This document shows, piece after piece, positions 10,315 to 22,019 of a DNA stretch of 64,000 nucleotides (position 1 is its first letter; every line of letters starts with the position of its first letter). The DNA is from Epithemia pelagica (lineage: Eukaryota; Protista; Bacillariophyta): NCBI GenBank assembly GCA_946965045.2, contig OX337242.1, positions 1,426,001 through 1,490,000 of the forward strand, given 5' to 3'. Under the pieces are notes generated by a model. The model saw only the letters and a list, made by a program, of their open reading frames with translations, was not told where the DNA came from and searched no databases. The translations under genes and the position numbers were made by a program.

Positions 10315-11646
10315 TTACGATAGCTCACTCACTGAAGATTCGTCCTCAAAGACGTCCCCACTTTCAGAAGAAGAGCCGTAGACCTCAAACAATCTTGATC
10401 CCGAATAGAGACTAGAATATGGCTCAAAGTAGCTCTTGTAGACCATGTCTCGATATGACAGCAACTCATCGATTTCCCGAGTAGTGTGGCTTTCATGATG
10501 ACTTGCTTGCGTTCCGATGGCTTTTGTAGCGACAGCTTGTCGCTGTCTGTGTCTCACTCTGAGCAATATGATAACGGAACACAGCGAAAAGCAGAGAACG
10601 AGTCCCGCAATGAAAGTGGCCCATAGTTCCGCTTCCAGAACCTGGTCGGGCTCAGTGCTCTCATGTGGCTCTGGTTTTTCAAGAAATTCCACTTGTGTTG
10701 TTGTTGAGAATGCATTGGGTTGAGCGAAAGAGCGGAGTTGGGTTATGAGGTCCACTACAGAACGAGAATCAAAAGCGTCTCTCAAATACTGGTGGGCCTT
10801 AAAGAATATATGAGCCTTGCCAGTGAAGGACATGACCATATAAAAGGTGATTGTTACAGGCGACAAATTGGAATCCGTTCGGGTGACTGTCAGATCTACG
10901 AATCGATGCGTTCTTCCCTCAATGTATGTTTTGAGGTAGGCAGTTGTTGCATGCGAAGCACGAGCAAAGTCATGATCCGAAACAATCGCTGGAGATTGGA
11001 GTGTATAGAGGATTGTAAAAGGCATGATTCTTACATCCACAGTGACCCTCTGCGAGGTTTGTTCTGATGGTGGTGGACTGAATGAGCTCGACACAAACAG
11101 CTGTGGAGAGAAAGATGGTAGACCGAATGATCCGTCCTCCTGGGTCGCTTCGAGGGTGACCAGAACTGACGGTTCTGTGGAAGGCGAGTCTTGAGCGGGC
11201 TGAACACCGTCAGTTCCCAGAGGGAAACTCTGCGTTTCACTCGAGCCAGACCCAGGAGGACTCGTCGATGGGAAAGGACTAGGTATCGATGTAACGGAGA
11301 AAATGTCGGTAGATTGAACAGGTACCCGAGAGGGTGCAATTGAAGGACTTCTAGTTGGCATTGTACTCATGGTCGGCGCCCCAGAAGGTGAAACAGACGG
11401 TATGCTCGAAGTTGGAGCAGTGCTGTGACTTGCTTTGGTGCTTCCCTTGCCACTGGTTCCACCAGTGTCTTCGGAATTGCCTACTGTATTCAATCTCCTG
11501 CTCTGTATATTCCTCTTGACACCGTAACCCGAACGTCTATGGCGCTTGTCTCCTTTCAACACTAATTCTCTTCTTGCCAGAGTTCTTGGGACTTCTGGTT
11601 TCTGCGGCTGGTCTGCAAGTTCAGTTGAACCTGCTTCAAAAAACAT
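10315..11646 (-). CDS. Type-I membrane protein, paralog 3 (divergent)
   Basis: 443-aa ORF with an RRL site, PTS stalk, divergent copy of the shared domain (MPFTILYTL...LITQLRSF...NAFSTT) and TM WATFIAGLVLCFSLCSVIILL. No clear signal peptide at the first ATG. Confidence 0.75.
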   Translation of the reverse strand: MFFEAGSTELADQPQKPEVPRTLARRELVLKGDKRHRRSGYGVKRNIQSRRLNTVGNSEDTGGTSGKGSTKASHSTAPTSSIPSVSPSGAPTMSTMPTRSPSIAPSRVPVQSTDIFSVTSIPSPFPSTSPPGSGSSETQSFPLGTDGVQPAQDSPSTEPSVLVTLEATQEDGSFGLPSFSPQLFVSSSFSPPPSEQTSQRVTVDVRIMPFTILYTLQSPAIVSDHDFARASHATTAYLKTYIEGRTHRFVDLTVTRTDSNLSPVTITFYMVMSFTGKAHIFFKAHQYLRDAFDSRSVVDLITQLRSFAQPNAFSTTTQVEFLEKPEPHESTEPDQVLEAELWATFIAGLVLCFSLCSVIILLRVRHRQRQAVATKAIGTQASHHESHTTREIDELLSYRDMVYKSYFEPYSSLYSGSRLFEVYGSSSESGDVFEDESSVSELS

Positions 11647-12061
11647 GGTTCAAATCAAGGGAGAATTTGAAATGATGCGCTTTGATGCTCGTCAGTTCAG
11701 AATATTTCCGTGATGGTAACGAGGAGACCTCAGACAAAAGAGATTGGTCTCTGGTTCTGCTTCAGTAGGTTGATGGTTCCTTCAAGTGGTCATGTTGTTT
11801 GGTTGTTTCGCCCTGTCCAGTTGCACAATATTCAAGTCGAGAGAAAATGTTTAGTGGGCCGTTCCAACAACAAATTTGCGAAAATATCATCACGACCACG
11901 ACCTACCACGACATCGATAATTAGCATTCCATCCACGTGCTAAATTCATGTTCTCGTAGATGTTTGATCTTGGTCTCGTCCGATCTATCTTGCGCTCGTA
12001 GTCCCGAATATTGATGCCAACCTGACTACATTACATTGTTTACTAGTAACAAAGATTGTAA

Positions 12062-13798
12062 CTATGACGACGAGCTCCGATTCTCGCCATGGGGATTTTC
12101 CCAGATTGTCCGTAAGCCTTCCGATCCGAGACCGGAGAAATCACCATCACGCTCAAAATGGATCTCATGTTCTTCGCACCTTGAGGATACACTTCCCCTC
12201 CCGTGCTTTCTATTGGGTGGATATCGTCCTTGATAGTTTCCATTGTCTTCATCTTCTGTAAATATTGTCGATTCTCCATCGTCTTCAGTGGTTCCAGAAC
12301 TATACTTATCTGGCTGGGTCGATTCTTGAACGTGACATACTTCTCCCCCTTTCGATGATGTGACCCATGCTTTTGACTCACTTGCACATGATTCGGTTGC
12401 TTGTGTTTGTGCATCGGATGAGAAAAAGCTTTCATAGTATTTATCACGAGGAGTCACAGACTTGCTTGGCGTGGTGCTGTACGAAGAGGCGGATTGATAT
12501 TTTCGACGCCTTCTTCGACGCATGACAAGAAGGGCAAGACACCCCAGACAGAGCCCTACGGCTAAGGATAATACACCCCAGGATGTACCTGCTTTGTTCG
12601 CTATTCCACTATTGGACGAGGAATCAGCAAAACTGGCCAAAGCTGTCATGGCAGCAGGTGAGAAAATCGATGAATTGACTTGTGTAGCCGGCGGGTGGGT
12701 GTTGTTAATTTCCGCATTGATGTCCGGTGGAATCCCTGAGCTTGACGTGGATTGCTCATCCGTGGACTGCTCGTCCGTCGATTCAGCTTCCGCAGGTTCT
12801 ATGGTTGTGGTTGACGTGTTGTTCCCGTTTGCCTGTTGAGTTGCATCATGAATGATGGAACTGGAAACAGGAGTTGGTTTTGAAGCCTCTGATGGCGGAG
12901 ACGTCGAAATAGGGTGGGGTGATAGTGTCCCCTGCATTCCTTTTCCTTTGCCGCTTCCTTTACCGTTACCTTTGTGTGGTGACATAGTTCCTGGAACCCC
13001 TTTTCCTTTGCCGCTTCCCTTGTCGCTGCCTTTTCTTTTTGACCACGGGGCCCCCTTTCCCTTTGCTATGGGAACCGATGTTCCCGATCCCATCATTCCT
13101 TTACTTTGTCCTTTTCCCTTCCTTGAGCTCTTGCTCGAATATTGTCCTTTTCCTTTTGATGTAGGAGGAGACGACGAGTCACCATCTCCTGAATCACTTG
13201 CTCCCTTGTGGCCTGTGTTGTCGTCCTTTGACGAAACTTTGTTTCGCTTGGTACCTTTGTACCTATCAGCTGCTTGAAATACGTTTGGATCAGATGGAGC
13301 CACCTCACTCCCTTTTCCTTTTCCCTTTCTTTTTCCCTTTGCGCCAGCCACAGATGGACTGGTGGTAGTGGTATGATGGGAGGGAGTTGGTGGTGGTGTA
13401 GGCTCAGCACTGATTGTACGTGAAAATGTGGGGGATTTTTTATGCGGCGAAGGAGTTCCATTTCCCTTGCCATTTTTCATGGAATCCGATTTGCTCTCTT
13501 TAAGATATCGACCTCTTGCCTCGTGATTAAGAGACTCCATTAGCTGCTGATTGTGGTACTGGGTATGGTCACTGGGATCCTCGAAACTTCTTTGGTCCAT
13601 GCCTCTGGCTTCATCCGTCCTTGACAGAGCATGATTCTTCAGATGCAAGAACCTCTGGGGCTCGGAAAGGAGAGAGTGCTCTCCTCGAAATCTCGAGCTC
13701 GTGGCCATGGCTGGTGGAGAGCTGATTTGCTGCAAGGAGACTTGCATCCATTCAGTCCGATGTTTTGCTTCGCTCGAACGCCGGTGCGTTGACTCCAT
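12062..13798 (-). CDS. KGKG-rich membrane protein, cluster member 4 (lacks the shared domain)
   Basis: 578-aa ORF with many KGKG motifs, a 2x KGSGKGKG..GT.SPH repeat, and TM WGVLSLAVGLCLGCLALLV followed by an RRRRRRK stop-transfer signal. Confidence 0.75.
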   Translation of the reverse strand: MESTHRRSSEAKHRTEWMQVSLQQISSPPAMATSSRFRGEHSLLSEPQRFLHLKNHALSRTDEARGMDQRSFEDPSDHTQYHNQQLMESLNHEARGRYLKESKSDSMKNGKGNGTPSPHKKSPTFSRTISAEPTPPPTPSHHTTTTSPSVAGAKGKRKGKGKGSEVAPSDPNVFQAADRYKGTKRNKVSSKDDNTGHKGASDSGDGDSSSPPTSKGKGQYSSKSSRKGKGQSKGMMGSGTSVPIAKGKGAPWSKRKGSDKGSGKGKGVPGTMSPHKGNGKGSGKGKGMQGTLSPHPISTSPPSEASKPTPVSSSIIHDATQQANGNNTSTTTIEPAEAESTDEQSTDEQSTSSSGIPPDINAEINNTHPPATQVNSSIFSPAAMTALASFADSSSNSGIANKAGTSWGVLSLAVGLCLGCLALLVMRRRRRRKYQSASSYSTTPSKSVTPRDKYYESFFSSDAQTQATESCASESKAWVTSSKGGEVCHVQESTQPDKYSSGTTEDDGESTIFTEDEDNGNYQGRYPPNRKHGRGSVSSRCEEHEIHFERDGDFSGLGSEGLRTIWENPHGENRSSSS

Positions 13799-13999
13799 CG
13801 ATTTTGGAGTTTGTGATCAGGATTATATAGGACAGCTCCCCTCGCGCGCATGTGGGCTTTTCAGTCGTGGGAAACGTACACCCGAGAGTTATCCCGCGCA
13901 AAAAAAGTGTGACACCAGAAAAAAAATGACAACAATTTTTGACGAAGTCCAATAACAAGGTCTCTTGTGGCTGGAAGATCCTTTTGCCGTAGTGTTACA

Positions 14000-16423
14000 A
14001 TGCCAAAGGACACGCCGTCGGTGGTCGTCCTTTTGGATGACAGTAGTGATAGCAGTGGGAGTGATTTGGATCCGTTGTTGGTCGCCAAATCATTATCTAG
14101 TAGTACGGTGGTGCGGCAGGCAGGATTTTCCAGAAATGTCACACAACGACAAAAAACTGCTGTGAAACAACGGGGGCACTGCCTCGAATTGGATTCTTCT
14201 GACGATAACGAGGACGAATTGGAAGTGATGCCTCCTGCGAAAAAGCGCCAAAAATCAGATGAAAGTGCTGTGAAACGTAACCACAACGATTCTGCGTTGC
14301 GAGGACAAAATGCCAAGAAAACTATGGCACCCCTGTCGGCTCAGCAGACGCCTCGATTGTCCTGCTCTGGTCCCACGCCACAGGATGCCTTGAATCTTTG
14401 TGATAGCAGTCCAAGCTCTTTGGAAACGATGCCATTGGCAGAGCGGCTGGCCAGACGTCGCAAGAACCAAGGTGATAGTAGCCCCTTAGGTACCCAAACA
14501 GGTGCTCACGATGGAAAAGATAGCATGTTTTCTCGTGCTTCCCTTGGAACGGTTCCTTCTGTTTCTCTCTCGGTGGCCTCTGGATCACCGGAACAACCTA
14601 GTAGCGATGAGGCAAAGGTGAAAATGACAAGTGGAAGGGTTGCTGCATCCAATCCGTCATTCCAGAATCAAAAGGATGAAAAAATCCGTGACTCGTCAAA
14701 ACAGAAACATTGGAGTGATAGCGAAAGTGACCATTCGAACGATGAATCGATCAACTCTACTTTCAAAATACCCTTTGCTCAAAAGTTGGGCAATACCCGA
14801 ACGGTATCCAATAAGCAGACCTCGACTGACAGTTCGTCCGACGATGAAAAGGACGGACCATCTTTCTCTGCATCCAGACCCGCTTTGCCAGCACGAGCAA
14901 CACATACGGCCAAAACTTTTCCCCTTGATCGTTGTAATGACAAAGATCAAAAAGAATATTCTGGTACGGAATTTGCACGACGGTTTGAAACGCTGTCCAG
15001 CTCGTCCTCAGATGAAAATAAGAGTTGTGGTACATCCCTCAAACAAAAAAGTGTGGCTCGACGAGGACCAAGGAAACTTGCTGCTGCCTCCAGTTCTCTT
15101 CGTAAAAGTCCGTCTTCTTCGAAAAAGCAATTCAATGTCAATAGTGTTTTCACGGAGGATTCATCATCTTCGTCCGATGACGAAAGCTGTACGTTGAAGA
15201 AAACATGCATACCCAAAGCAGCTGCTCGTAAGAAGCAAAGCCCGACGAATAAACAAAAGAAAGAAGCAGAGAAAGCCCAAAAGCGAAGAGAACGTGAAGA
15301 GGAACGCGCGACGAAAAAACGCGAGAAAGAACTGGCAAAACAGAACCGTGAACGTGAACGTCAAGAAAAGAGGGAAGCCGAAGCAGCTCTGAAGCAACAG
15401 CGCAAAGATGCCCGAGAGGAGGCTGGTCAAGCCAGAGGAAAGTATGCAAGTCAGGAGGTTGTCGTCTTGATGGAACCAGATTTGGTTGAGGATGAAGTGT
15501 TCAACGTGAAGGAAGTTTTCTCCGAACATGGATACATGTTGCATCCCTATCCTTCTGCACTCTCTTGTTTGGCTATACAGTGGGTTCGTCGAGACTATCT
15601 CCGAGGCGGTGCTGAGGAAGCTCTTAAAATGGTGCATGCGCGAAAAGACCAAGAGTATGAACAGATGAACACATTGGTCATCTTGTTTGATTGCCCGCAT
15701 GACTTTATCAGTCTCATTCAGCAAGACGAACAAACTGAAAACGATGCACTAAGTACCCACGGAGATGATGACGACGACTACCCAAAACTAGAGAGTTGGC
15801 TTCTTGGCTTGGTTGCTGGTTGGAGATCCGCGTGGAGAAAGACTACTGCGGATCGTCCACGCATTTACTTGATTCTTTACCAGGTCCAGAAGGCTTTGGA
15901 TAAGGCGTGGATCAGCTACAACCGGAGCAGGGGCGGTCGGAGTCGAGGTCCACCACCTCCCAACGCAGAACAGCTATATGATGCTATTCTTTGGATGTTG
16001 ATCCAATTCCAAATCGAAGTAATACATTGTGATTCAAAAGATGATGTACCTAAAGAGCTTGCGAAAATCACACGGTTTCTTGCTAATGCCCGATATCAAG
16101 CACAAACAACAGAACTTGCCTGTTTCCAAAAGTTGAAGGCACAGGTGAGTGATATGGCCCCTTCTCTTGAACGCGCTGCCGACTGCTGGATACGCCAATT
16201 GCAGCAGGTGCCCCGAGTGAGCGCCGAGATGGCGCGATGTTTTGCACGGTTTTATCCTACTTCTCGATCACTCTGGTTAGCTTACCAAACTCCTGACCTG
16301 TCATTGGAAGAAAAGCAAGTCATGGTGGCGAACTGCTTTGGGACGAGAACGTCTCAAATCAAAATCGCAAAGTGGATGTACCGAATCTTTCACAGCAAGA
16401 ATCCAGACGAACTTCTCACATAA
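14000..16423 (+). CDS. EME1: Crossover junction endonuclease EME1-like (non-catalytic ERCC4/XPF-family partner of MUS81)
   Basis: Disordered N-terminus, coiled coil and ERCC4-like region. The C-terminal HhH2 matches the EME1 pattern: WIRQLQQVPRVS..MA..FA..YPT..SL..AY...KWMYRIFHSKNPD. True ATG at 14000. Confidence 0.8.
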   Translation: MPKDTPSVVVLLDDSSDSSGSDLDPLLVAKSLSSSTVVRQAGFSRNVTQRQKTAVKQRGHCLELDSSDDNEDELEVMPPAKKRQKSDESAVKRNHNDSALRGQNAKKTMAPLSAQQTPRLSCSGPTPQDALNLCDSSPSSLETMPLAERLARRRKNQGDSSPLGTQTGAHDGKDSMFSRASLGTVPSVSLSVASGSPEQPSSDEAKVKMTSGRVAASNPSFQNQKDEKIRDSSKQKHWSDSESDHSNDESINSTFKIPFAQKLGNTRTVSNKQTSTDSSSDDEKDGPSFSASRPALPARATHTAKTFPLDRCNDKDQKEYSGTEFARRFETLSSSSSDENKSCGTSLKQKSVARRGPRKLAAASSSLRKSPSSSKKQFNVNSVFTEDSSSSSDDESCTLKKTCIPKAAARKKQSPTNKQKKEAEKAQKRREREEERATKKREKELAKQNRERERQEKREAEAALKQQRKDAREEAGQARGKYASQEVVVLMEPDLVEDEVFNVKEVFSEHGYMLHPYPSALSCLAIQWVRRDYLRGGAEEALKMVHARKDQEYEQMNTLVILFDCPHDFISLIQQDEQTENDALSTHGDDDDDYPKLESWLLGLVAGWRSAWRKTTADRPRIYLILYQVQKALDKAWISYNRSRGGRSRGPPPPNAEQLYDAILWMLIQFQIEVIHCDSKDDVPKELAKITRFLANARYQAQTTELACFQKLKAQVSDMAPSLERAADCWIRQLQQVPRVSAEMARCFARFYPTSRSLWLAYQTPDLSLEEKQVMVANCFGTRTSQIKIAKWMYRIFHSKNPDELLT

Positions 16424-16804
16424 CATTACCGGCAAGGATGGCTGTCTGTGAACTGTCGTTGACAACCAAGTTCTGTTTTCTCCTCTTGTACCTTGTACTC
16501 CGAAGGGTGGACCAAAGACTTTGTTGGCGGGACTCAATTGGAGCCTCGGCGTCCTTACCACGCAAGAAAGAAAAGCCTGCAATGAACTCCGAGTCTCGAT
16601 CATCCATCAATGCGTGCAGCTCATCGAAGGGTTTTGCTCGCGATACGAACCTGTGGACGATTAAACAGGACTTTCTTACTCGAAGCTACGAAATAAACAA
16701 CCTCGCTGTGTAGTATGGGTTGACGCTTTTCTACTAGAGTCGGTAAGGAACATAAGTGCATAGATCTTGGATATCATGTACATGAAAAACTTATTAGTAA
16801 GCTA

Positions 16805-17893
16805 TTAGTCCTTCTTGGCTGATGAAAGTTCCCATGGACGAGGCAAAGGCTGTGGCAAAGGCACGCCATTGGCTGCGTCGCGGTCTCGCCGAGCCCGACC
16901 AAGAACCCAGGCAGAGGTCCCTCGTTTCCGTCCCCATACCAGTCCTACGCTGGCCAACAAGTCAATGAAAAGTTTGGAAGGATTGAATTGACTTGAAACA
17001 CCAAACTCAGATGCAGCGTAGTCAAAAGGGTATTTGTGGTGCCAGTTGTGCCATCCCTCGCCGACCGAGAAGAAGGACACAATGGGGTTTTCGGATGGGT
17101 ATGAGACAACGTCGTACGGGTGGTCTCCATACAAATGAGCAGCCGAGTTGACCAGCCATGTAAAGTGCAACACTGCGCAGTAACGGAGTCCACCAGCTAC
17201 CAAGAAGGCAGTCCAGAAGTTTTCACCCCAGTAGTAATGGGCAACTTGCGCAGGCATTACATAGCACATGTACAAGGCAAACCAGGGGTCCAACTTTTTC
17301 TGAATGGCAACCAGGGGATCTTCCAAAAGATCGGAAAAATCCATTTCACGTCCTGCCTTGATAACCTCAGGATGCTTCTTCACCAACAACCAACCCATGT
17401 GAGCAAAGAAGAAACCTCGCATGGCGTTGTGAGGGTCGGCATCCGTTTCACTAAACTTGTGATGAACTCTGTGGTCGCGAGCCCAGTGGTAGATTGAACC
17501 TTGATTGGCAATGGAGTTGCAAAGCATCAAAAATAGTCGGACAATGAAGCTGGCTTCGTACGATCTGTGAGACCAAAGTCTGTGGACACCGACAGTGATA
17601 CCAAAACCACTGTAGGAATAAACGACGGAGCGATAGAAGATAAACAAAGGAGACGTGTCAGACAAAAGGGGACACGAAGTACCAATCGTTAAATGTTGAC
17701 CACTTTCGGATCAAACTCACCTTATCGGCCACAAAGTGAATGCCCAGATCAAAGTTTCTTTCGAGCATTGAGTGATGCTCAGTAGACCCATAATAGCCAC
17801 GGTATGGACAAGACCTATGTAAATGATCATCGGGTAGTTCAAGTTACCCTCCTTGTAGTGGTACGAGATTGTATTCAGCGTTTCCATGATCAT
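16805..17893 (-). CDS. Acyl-CoA/acyl-lipid delta-9-type fatty acid desaturase, copy 1; exons 17721-17893 and 16805-17609
   Basis: His boxes HRLWSH, HRVHH and HNWHH. The 111-nt GTGAGT...CAG intron gives a continuous 325-aa frame. No fused cytochrome b5. Confidence 0.93.
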
Positions 17894-18795
17894 GATTGTG
17901 TTTTGGGGACCAGAGTTCGCCGTCTGTGTCGAAAGTCAATCGTAACGAGTTCAAATTATGAGCCTCAAGGAGACGATTGGAGTCATGCACTTGGTGTGCA
18001 ACGAAGAAAGTATGCTGACGATGGTCAACAAATCCAGCAAATCGAACCACCACCGACAAGAAAGCGAAGAGATGTGATGATGTCGTTGTGGTCCAGAAGA
18101 AACGTGGGCACATGGCGATATCGATACGTGTTCCCATCGGCCGCGAGCCCCCTCGATCCATGTCGGAGTGGGGACGAAGGTTATGTATATGTTCATTCAT
18201 TTAAGACAAATCTTCGTTCCACCCCTCGGCAAAATGGGGGTTCCTTCTACCGACACGTCATTCGGTGCAATAATGCTCAGCAACGAAATGCGACCATATG
18301 GGGGCTTATGTAGAATGGAACACATATCTTAGCGAATCCAGCTACGCCGCTCACAAATTGTTTCGGCATCATCCATTCTGGAGCATTCCCGGCATTTCGC
18401 CATGACCTACTCCTCGAGTCCAACCTTGGATCAAGGCTTCGCATGGTACCTCATGTCCAATCTTGTCACAACGCACTATCTTATCGCCTGTTCATATGTT
18501 CCATGAGTAAAGACGATAGCCCAAGATGTTTGCAAAAGGTTCTATGCGCTTAAACTACGCAACCACTAATGTGGATTTTGTGGTCTGATGTCAGCGAGAA
18601 AGTGTACATAGCGTAGGCAACAGCTATCTTGTCGCTCACGATTCCACATGCGAGAGGATGAGACGAACAAAAGGGGTCATCAGATCATTCAAGGAAGATT
18701 CTACGGAATCCAGTGATTTCCAAGATTCGCGCCCGTTGCGCCAGACCAGCCACTCAATCTACACCACCCTCATCATCTCCATGGTGTCCATCTAC

Positions 18796-19638
18796 CTACA
18801 AATTCTCGGTAGATGGACTGCTTTCCCATTGTCGGGTAAGGTACTCTTCTTGATATACTCTGCCGACTTCTTTGACCTGCAAAATTTTGCGCACCATGAC
18901 AAATCGTTGTCCACCAGCGTACTTGTATTGACACTTGTGTCGGACCACCTAACAACACAGCAAACGACGACAAGACACCCATTTGGACAATTTGTTAAGA
19001 ACCACGCCCATAGCAGTCAAATGACAACCTCATCAGGGAGAGTCACTTACTTTGTACTGAACATCTCCAATTTCCAGTAGGTCACCCGATGTTGTGTGCT
19101 TATCCAGCATAAATTCTCCAACCATTGTTTTGTCATCGTTGTTGTCATTGTTGCTTCCAATGCTGTAGACCGAGGATAATAGTCCTTCTTCTATCGTTCC
19201 TGATCTCCGTGGCACCTTTTTCATTTTCTTCTTTTTGATATCCGGATGAGTATAGGGATCCGGCGTCACCTGCTCCACACGAAAGGGTAAGGAATCTCGG
19301 TTGTCGAGTACTTTGTACCCACTCTTGTTACTTTTCCCTTTGCTTCGTTTCACCACTGGATCTTGCAAAAGTTCCCGTTGAAACATTTCTCGCGTGATCA
19401 TGGTACTGTTGGAACTGGAGGAGGAGGACTCCGACTCACTGTCATTTTCGTTCGGAGAGGCAGAGGAGGCCAACTGGAATCCCAGAGTACGGTCCAAGCT
19501 CGAACTATCCCTGGAACGTTCTTTGCGGGCAAGACTTGAGGCATGTTTCACATTTTCTCGTGGAGCTGGAGAGAGTAAACCGGCGCAATTTGCAAAGAGT
19601 AAGGTTCCCACCGACAAGAATGCGTAAAATTTCGCCAT
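18796..19638 (-). CDS. Probably plastid-targeted hypothetical protein, weakly DUF6464-like C-terminal domain; exons 19051-19638 and 18796-18948
   Basis: Signal peptide plus an S/R-rich transit-like region. GTAAGT...TTAG intron joins GDLLEIGDVQYK to VVRHKCQYKYAGGQRFVMVRKILQVK. Family resemblance is from memory only. Confidence 0.7.
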
Positions 19639-20054
19639 GTTCAATGTTCAATTCTCACAAGATGGTGAGTCCATTGTCCGTCGATGAGGTTTCATGTTGA
19701 GACAACGTGACAAAAGCATGGCAAGAGCGGTGGTGCCAGCTCATCATTCTGCTACTGCTTCCTAAGAACATCGTCGTCATCGTTCCCGCGCACTCTCTAT
19801 CGTGCGCTACTGAAATTCTGCTTCCGAATAGATATCATCAGACACGGAAAGGTCGCGCATTAAGCTTCCGTGTAACAGCGCCAGTCCATTCTTCCCGCCA
19901 AAGCCGGACCAGAACAGAGTCCGAGCATGGCGAACCGAAACCACAACACTCCCATAAACTCAACCGATTAGTTTCGTGAATCAAAATCCGGTGATTGTGA
20001 TTTGTATGAAGAACTTTCCAGCCTCCATTGGCATGAAGAGCAGACCACCAACAG

Positions 20055-21921
20055 ATGAGACGCCAACCACCCAAAGATTTTGAAAGTGTATGCTCGTATA
20101 GCGAGCTCAATGGAGACAGCCCGACAAAGCTGCACCAACAGCCTATCAATGACAGTTGTGCTTCTCCGGATGTAAAGGAAGGCGATGGCGTTTTCCGAAT
20201 CGACCCCACCATCACAAGCAATATTTTGAAATACAAGGACAATAGTTCATTCTGGGAGCGCTGGAATGAGTTTTGGTTTCCACACAACGTCCCTCGAGCT
20301 TGTCAGCTGTTTCGCAAGGAGAATATTGCGGTTCCAGCATGCTACTTGCTCGTGGGGTTGCTACAGGGATTATCGGGTCCGCTTATTAACGTGTTGCCAC
20401 TGGATATGGGAGCCTCGGAAGCACAACAAGTGACTGTCGCCATCTTGACGCAACTTCCCTCCTCCTTCAAAATGTTTTTTGGATTTCTCAGCGACACCGT
20501 GCCCCTTTTTGGATATCGTCGCAAATCTTACATGGTCATTGGATGGCTCATCACCAGTTTCGCTGCCTTAGTTCTCCTTTACGTTATTGGCAGCGACTTG
20601 AAAAAAGTGACCCCAGCGAGTTCCAACTGCTTCTCGTCTTTAGATGGAGCGCAGAATTACGAGAACTACAACGATATGCAACAAGATGGCAATGACGACG
20701 GTATGATCTTTGAAGATGCTCCAGAGTCACCCATGATTCGATTCTTGGCACTTTGCTTCTTGATTTACGGCTGTGGCGTATGGATGGCCGATGTAATGGC
20801 TGATGCAGTCGTTGCTGAAAAGGCTAAGTTGGAGCCAATCGAGAGTCGAGGATCACTGCAATCAACCTGCTATTCGTATCGCTTTTTTGGCGTCATGTGC
20901 GCTGTTCCTGTTTCAACGTATCTGTACACGGCTTACGGACCTTACTACGTTATTCTACTCCTTTCGATCTTGCCCTTGATGGTTCTTCCTGCCATTTATT
21001 CTCTGGAGGAAGTTATACCACTCGGGTACAAGTCCACTTGGGAACATTGCTTGGAAATTTGGCACACCGTCTGTAGTCGTGCTACATGGCAACCAATGGG
21101 ATTTGTGTTTTTGTACAAAACTCTGCAAGTGAGCAATGCTGCGGGGAAGGAGTTTTCGCGGACCGTCCTACACTTTTCCTCCTGCCAACTGAATCTCATG
21201 TTTTTTGTGGCCCTACTACTGCTCTACGTGGGGATTCTAATGTACAAGTACTGCTGGATTCAATCTTCCTGGCGCACCGTTTATCTTATCACAACCGCAT
21301 TCGGCTTGTTGTTTGGTGGATTGCATCTCATGCTCATTTATGGCCATACCTTGGGTCTTCCACCCTTTTGGTTTGCGGTCGGTCAGAATGCTTTTTCCGA
21401 GTTTGTGGAAGGAGTGCAATTTCTTCCAACAACCATTATGATGGTTCATCTTTGTCCTGAAGGAAGTGAGGTACGTCCAGCTGTCCATGAATACAATATG
21501 TGGGAAGAAAGTTTTGTCTTGCTCATCATCTTGTGCACGTGTTCTATGCTTCCTAAAGGGTGCAAGCTATGCCTTATTCACCTCGGTGATGAACACTGGA
21601 TTGACGTTGAGTGCGATTCTATCCACTGCTTTGTTAGGAATATGGGATGTGTCGAAGCAAACCTTGCAACAGGGAAACTTAGATGGAATGGTCAAGTTGA
21701 CCTATTTAGTCACTGCGATTAAGTTTTTGGGCATTTTCTTTGTGGGTTGGCTCCCCCACGGCAAGGAAGAATTGGCCAAACTTGGCCAAGATGGAGCCGC
21801 TGGTGGACGGTCGAAAGTTGGTGGTTTCGTCTTCTTGACAGTCGCATTGTTGGCCATTGCCTACACCATCTCCTCGGGACTACTCAATATTATGGCTCCC
21901 GGGTGGATGGGAGAATCCTAA
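20055..21921 (+). CDS. BT1-family folate/biopterin transporter (MFS); intron 21471-21558
   Basis: PSSFKMFFGFLSDTVPLFGYRRKSY, ADVMADAVVAE, GSLQSTCY and LCPEGSE|GASYALFT motifs; multiple TM helices. Confidence 0.9.
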
Positions 21922-22019
21922 CTGGTTAGGAGGTGGGTAAATGAGAGCGGCTTTACTGCTCGTTGTATTCATGGACGATCACTAGAGGGATCTTTCAAAA
22001 ATTCACCAGCATGGAGGAG

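Noticed and set aside
17900-18700. Several 80-170-aa ORFs upstream of desaturase 1
   Set aside because: No motifs and no support on either strand; treated as intergenic.
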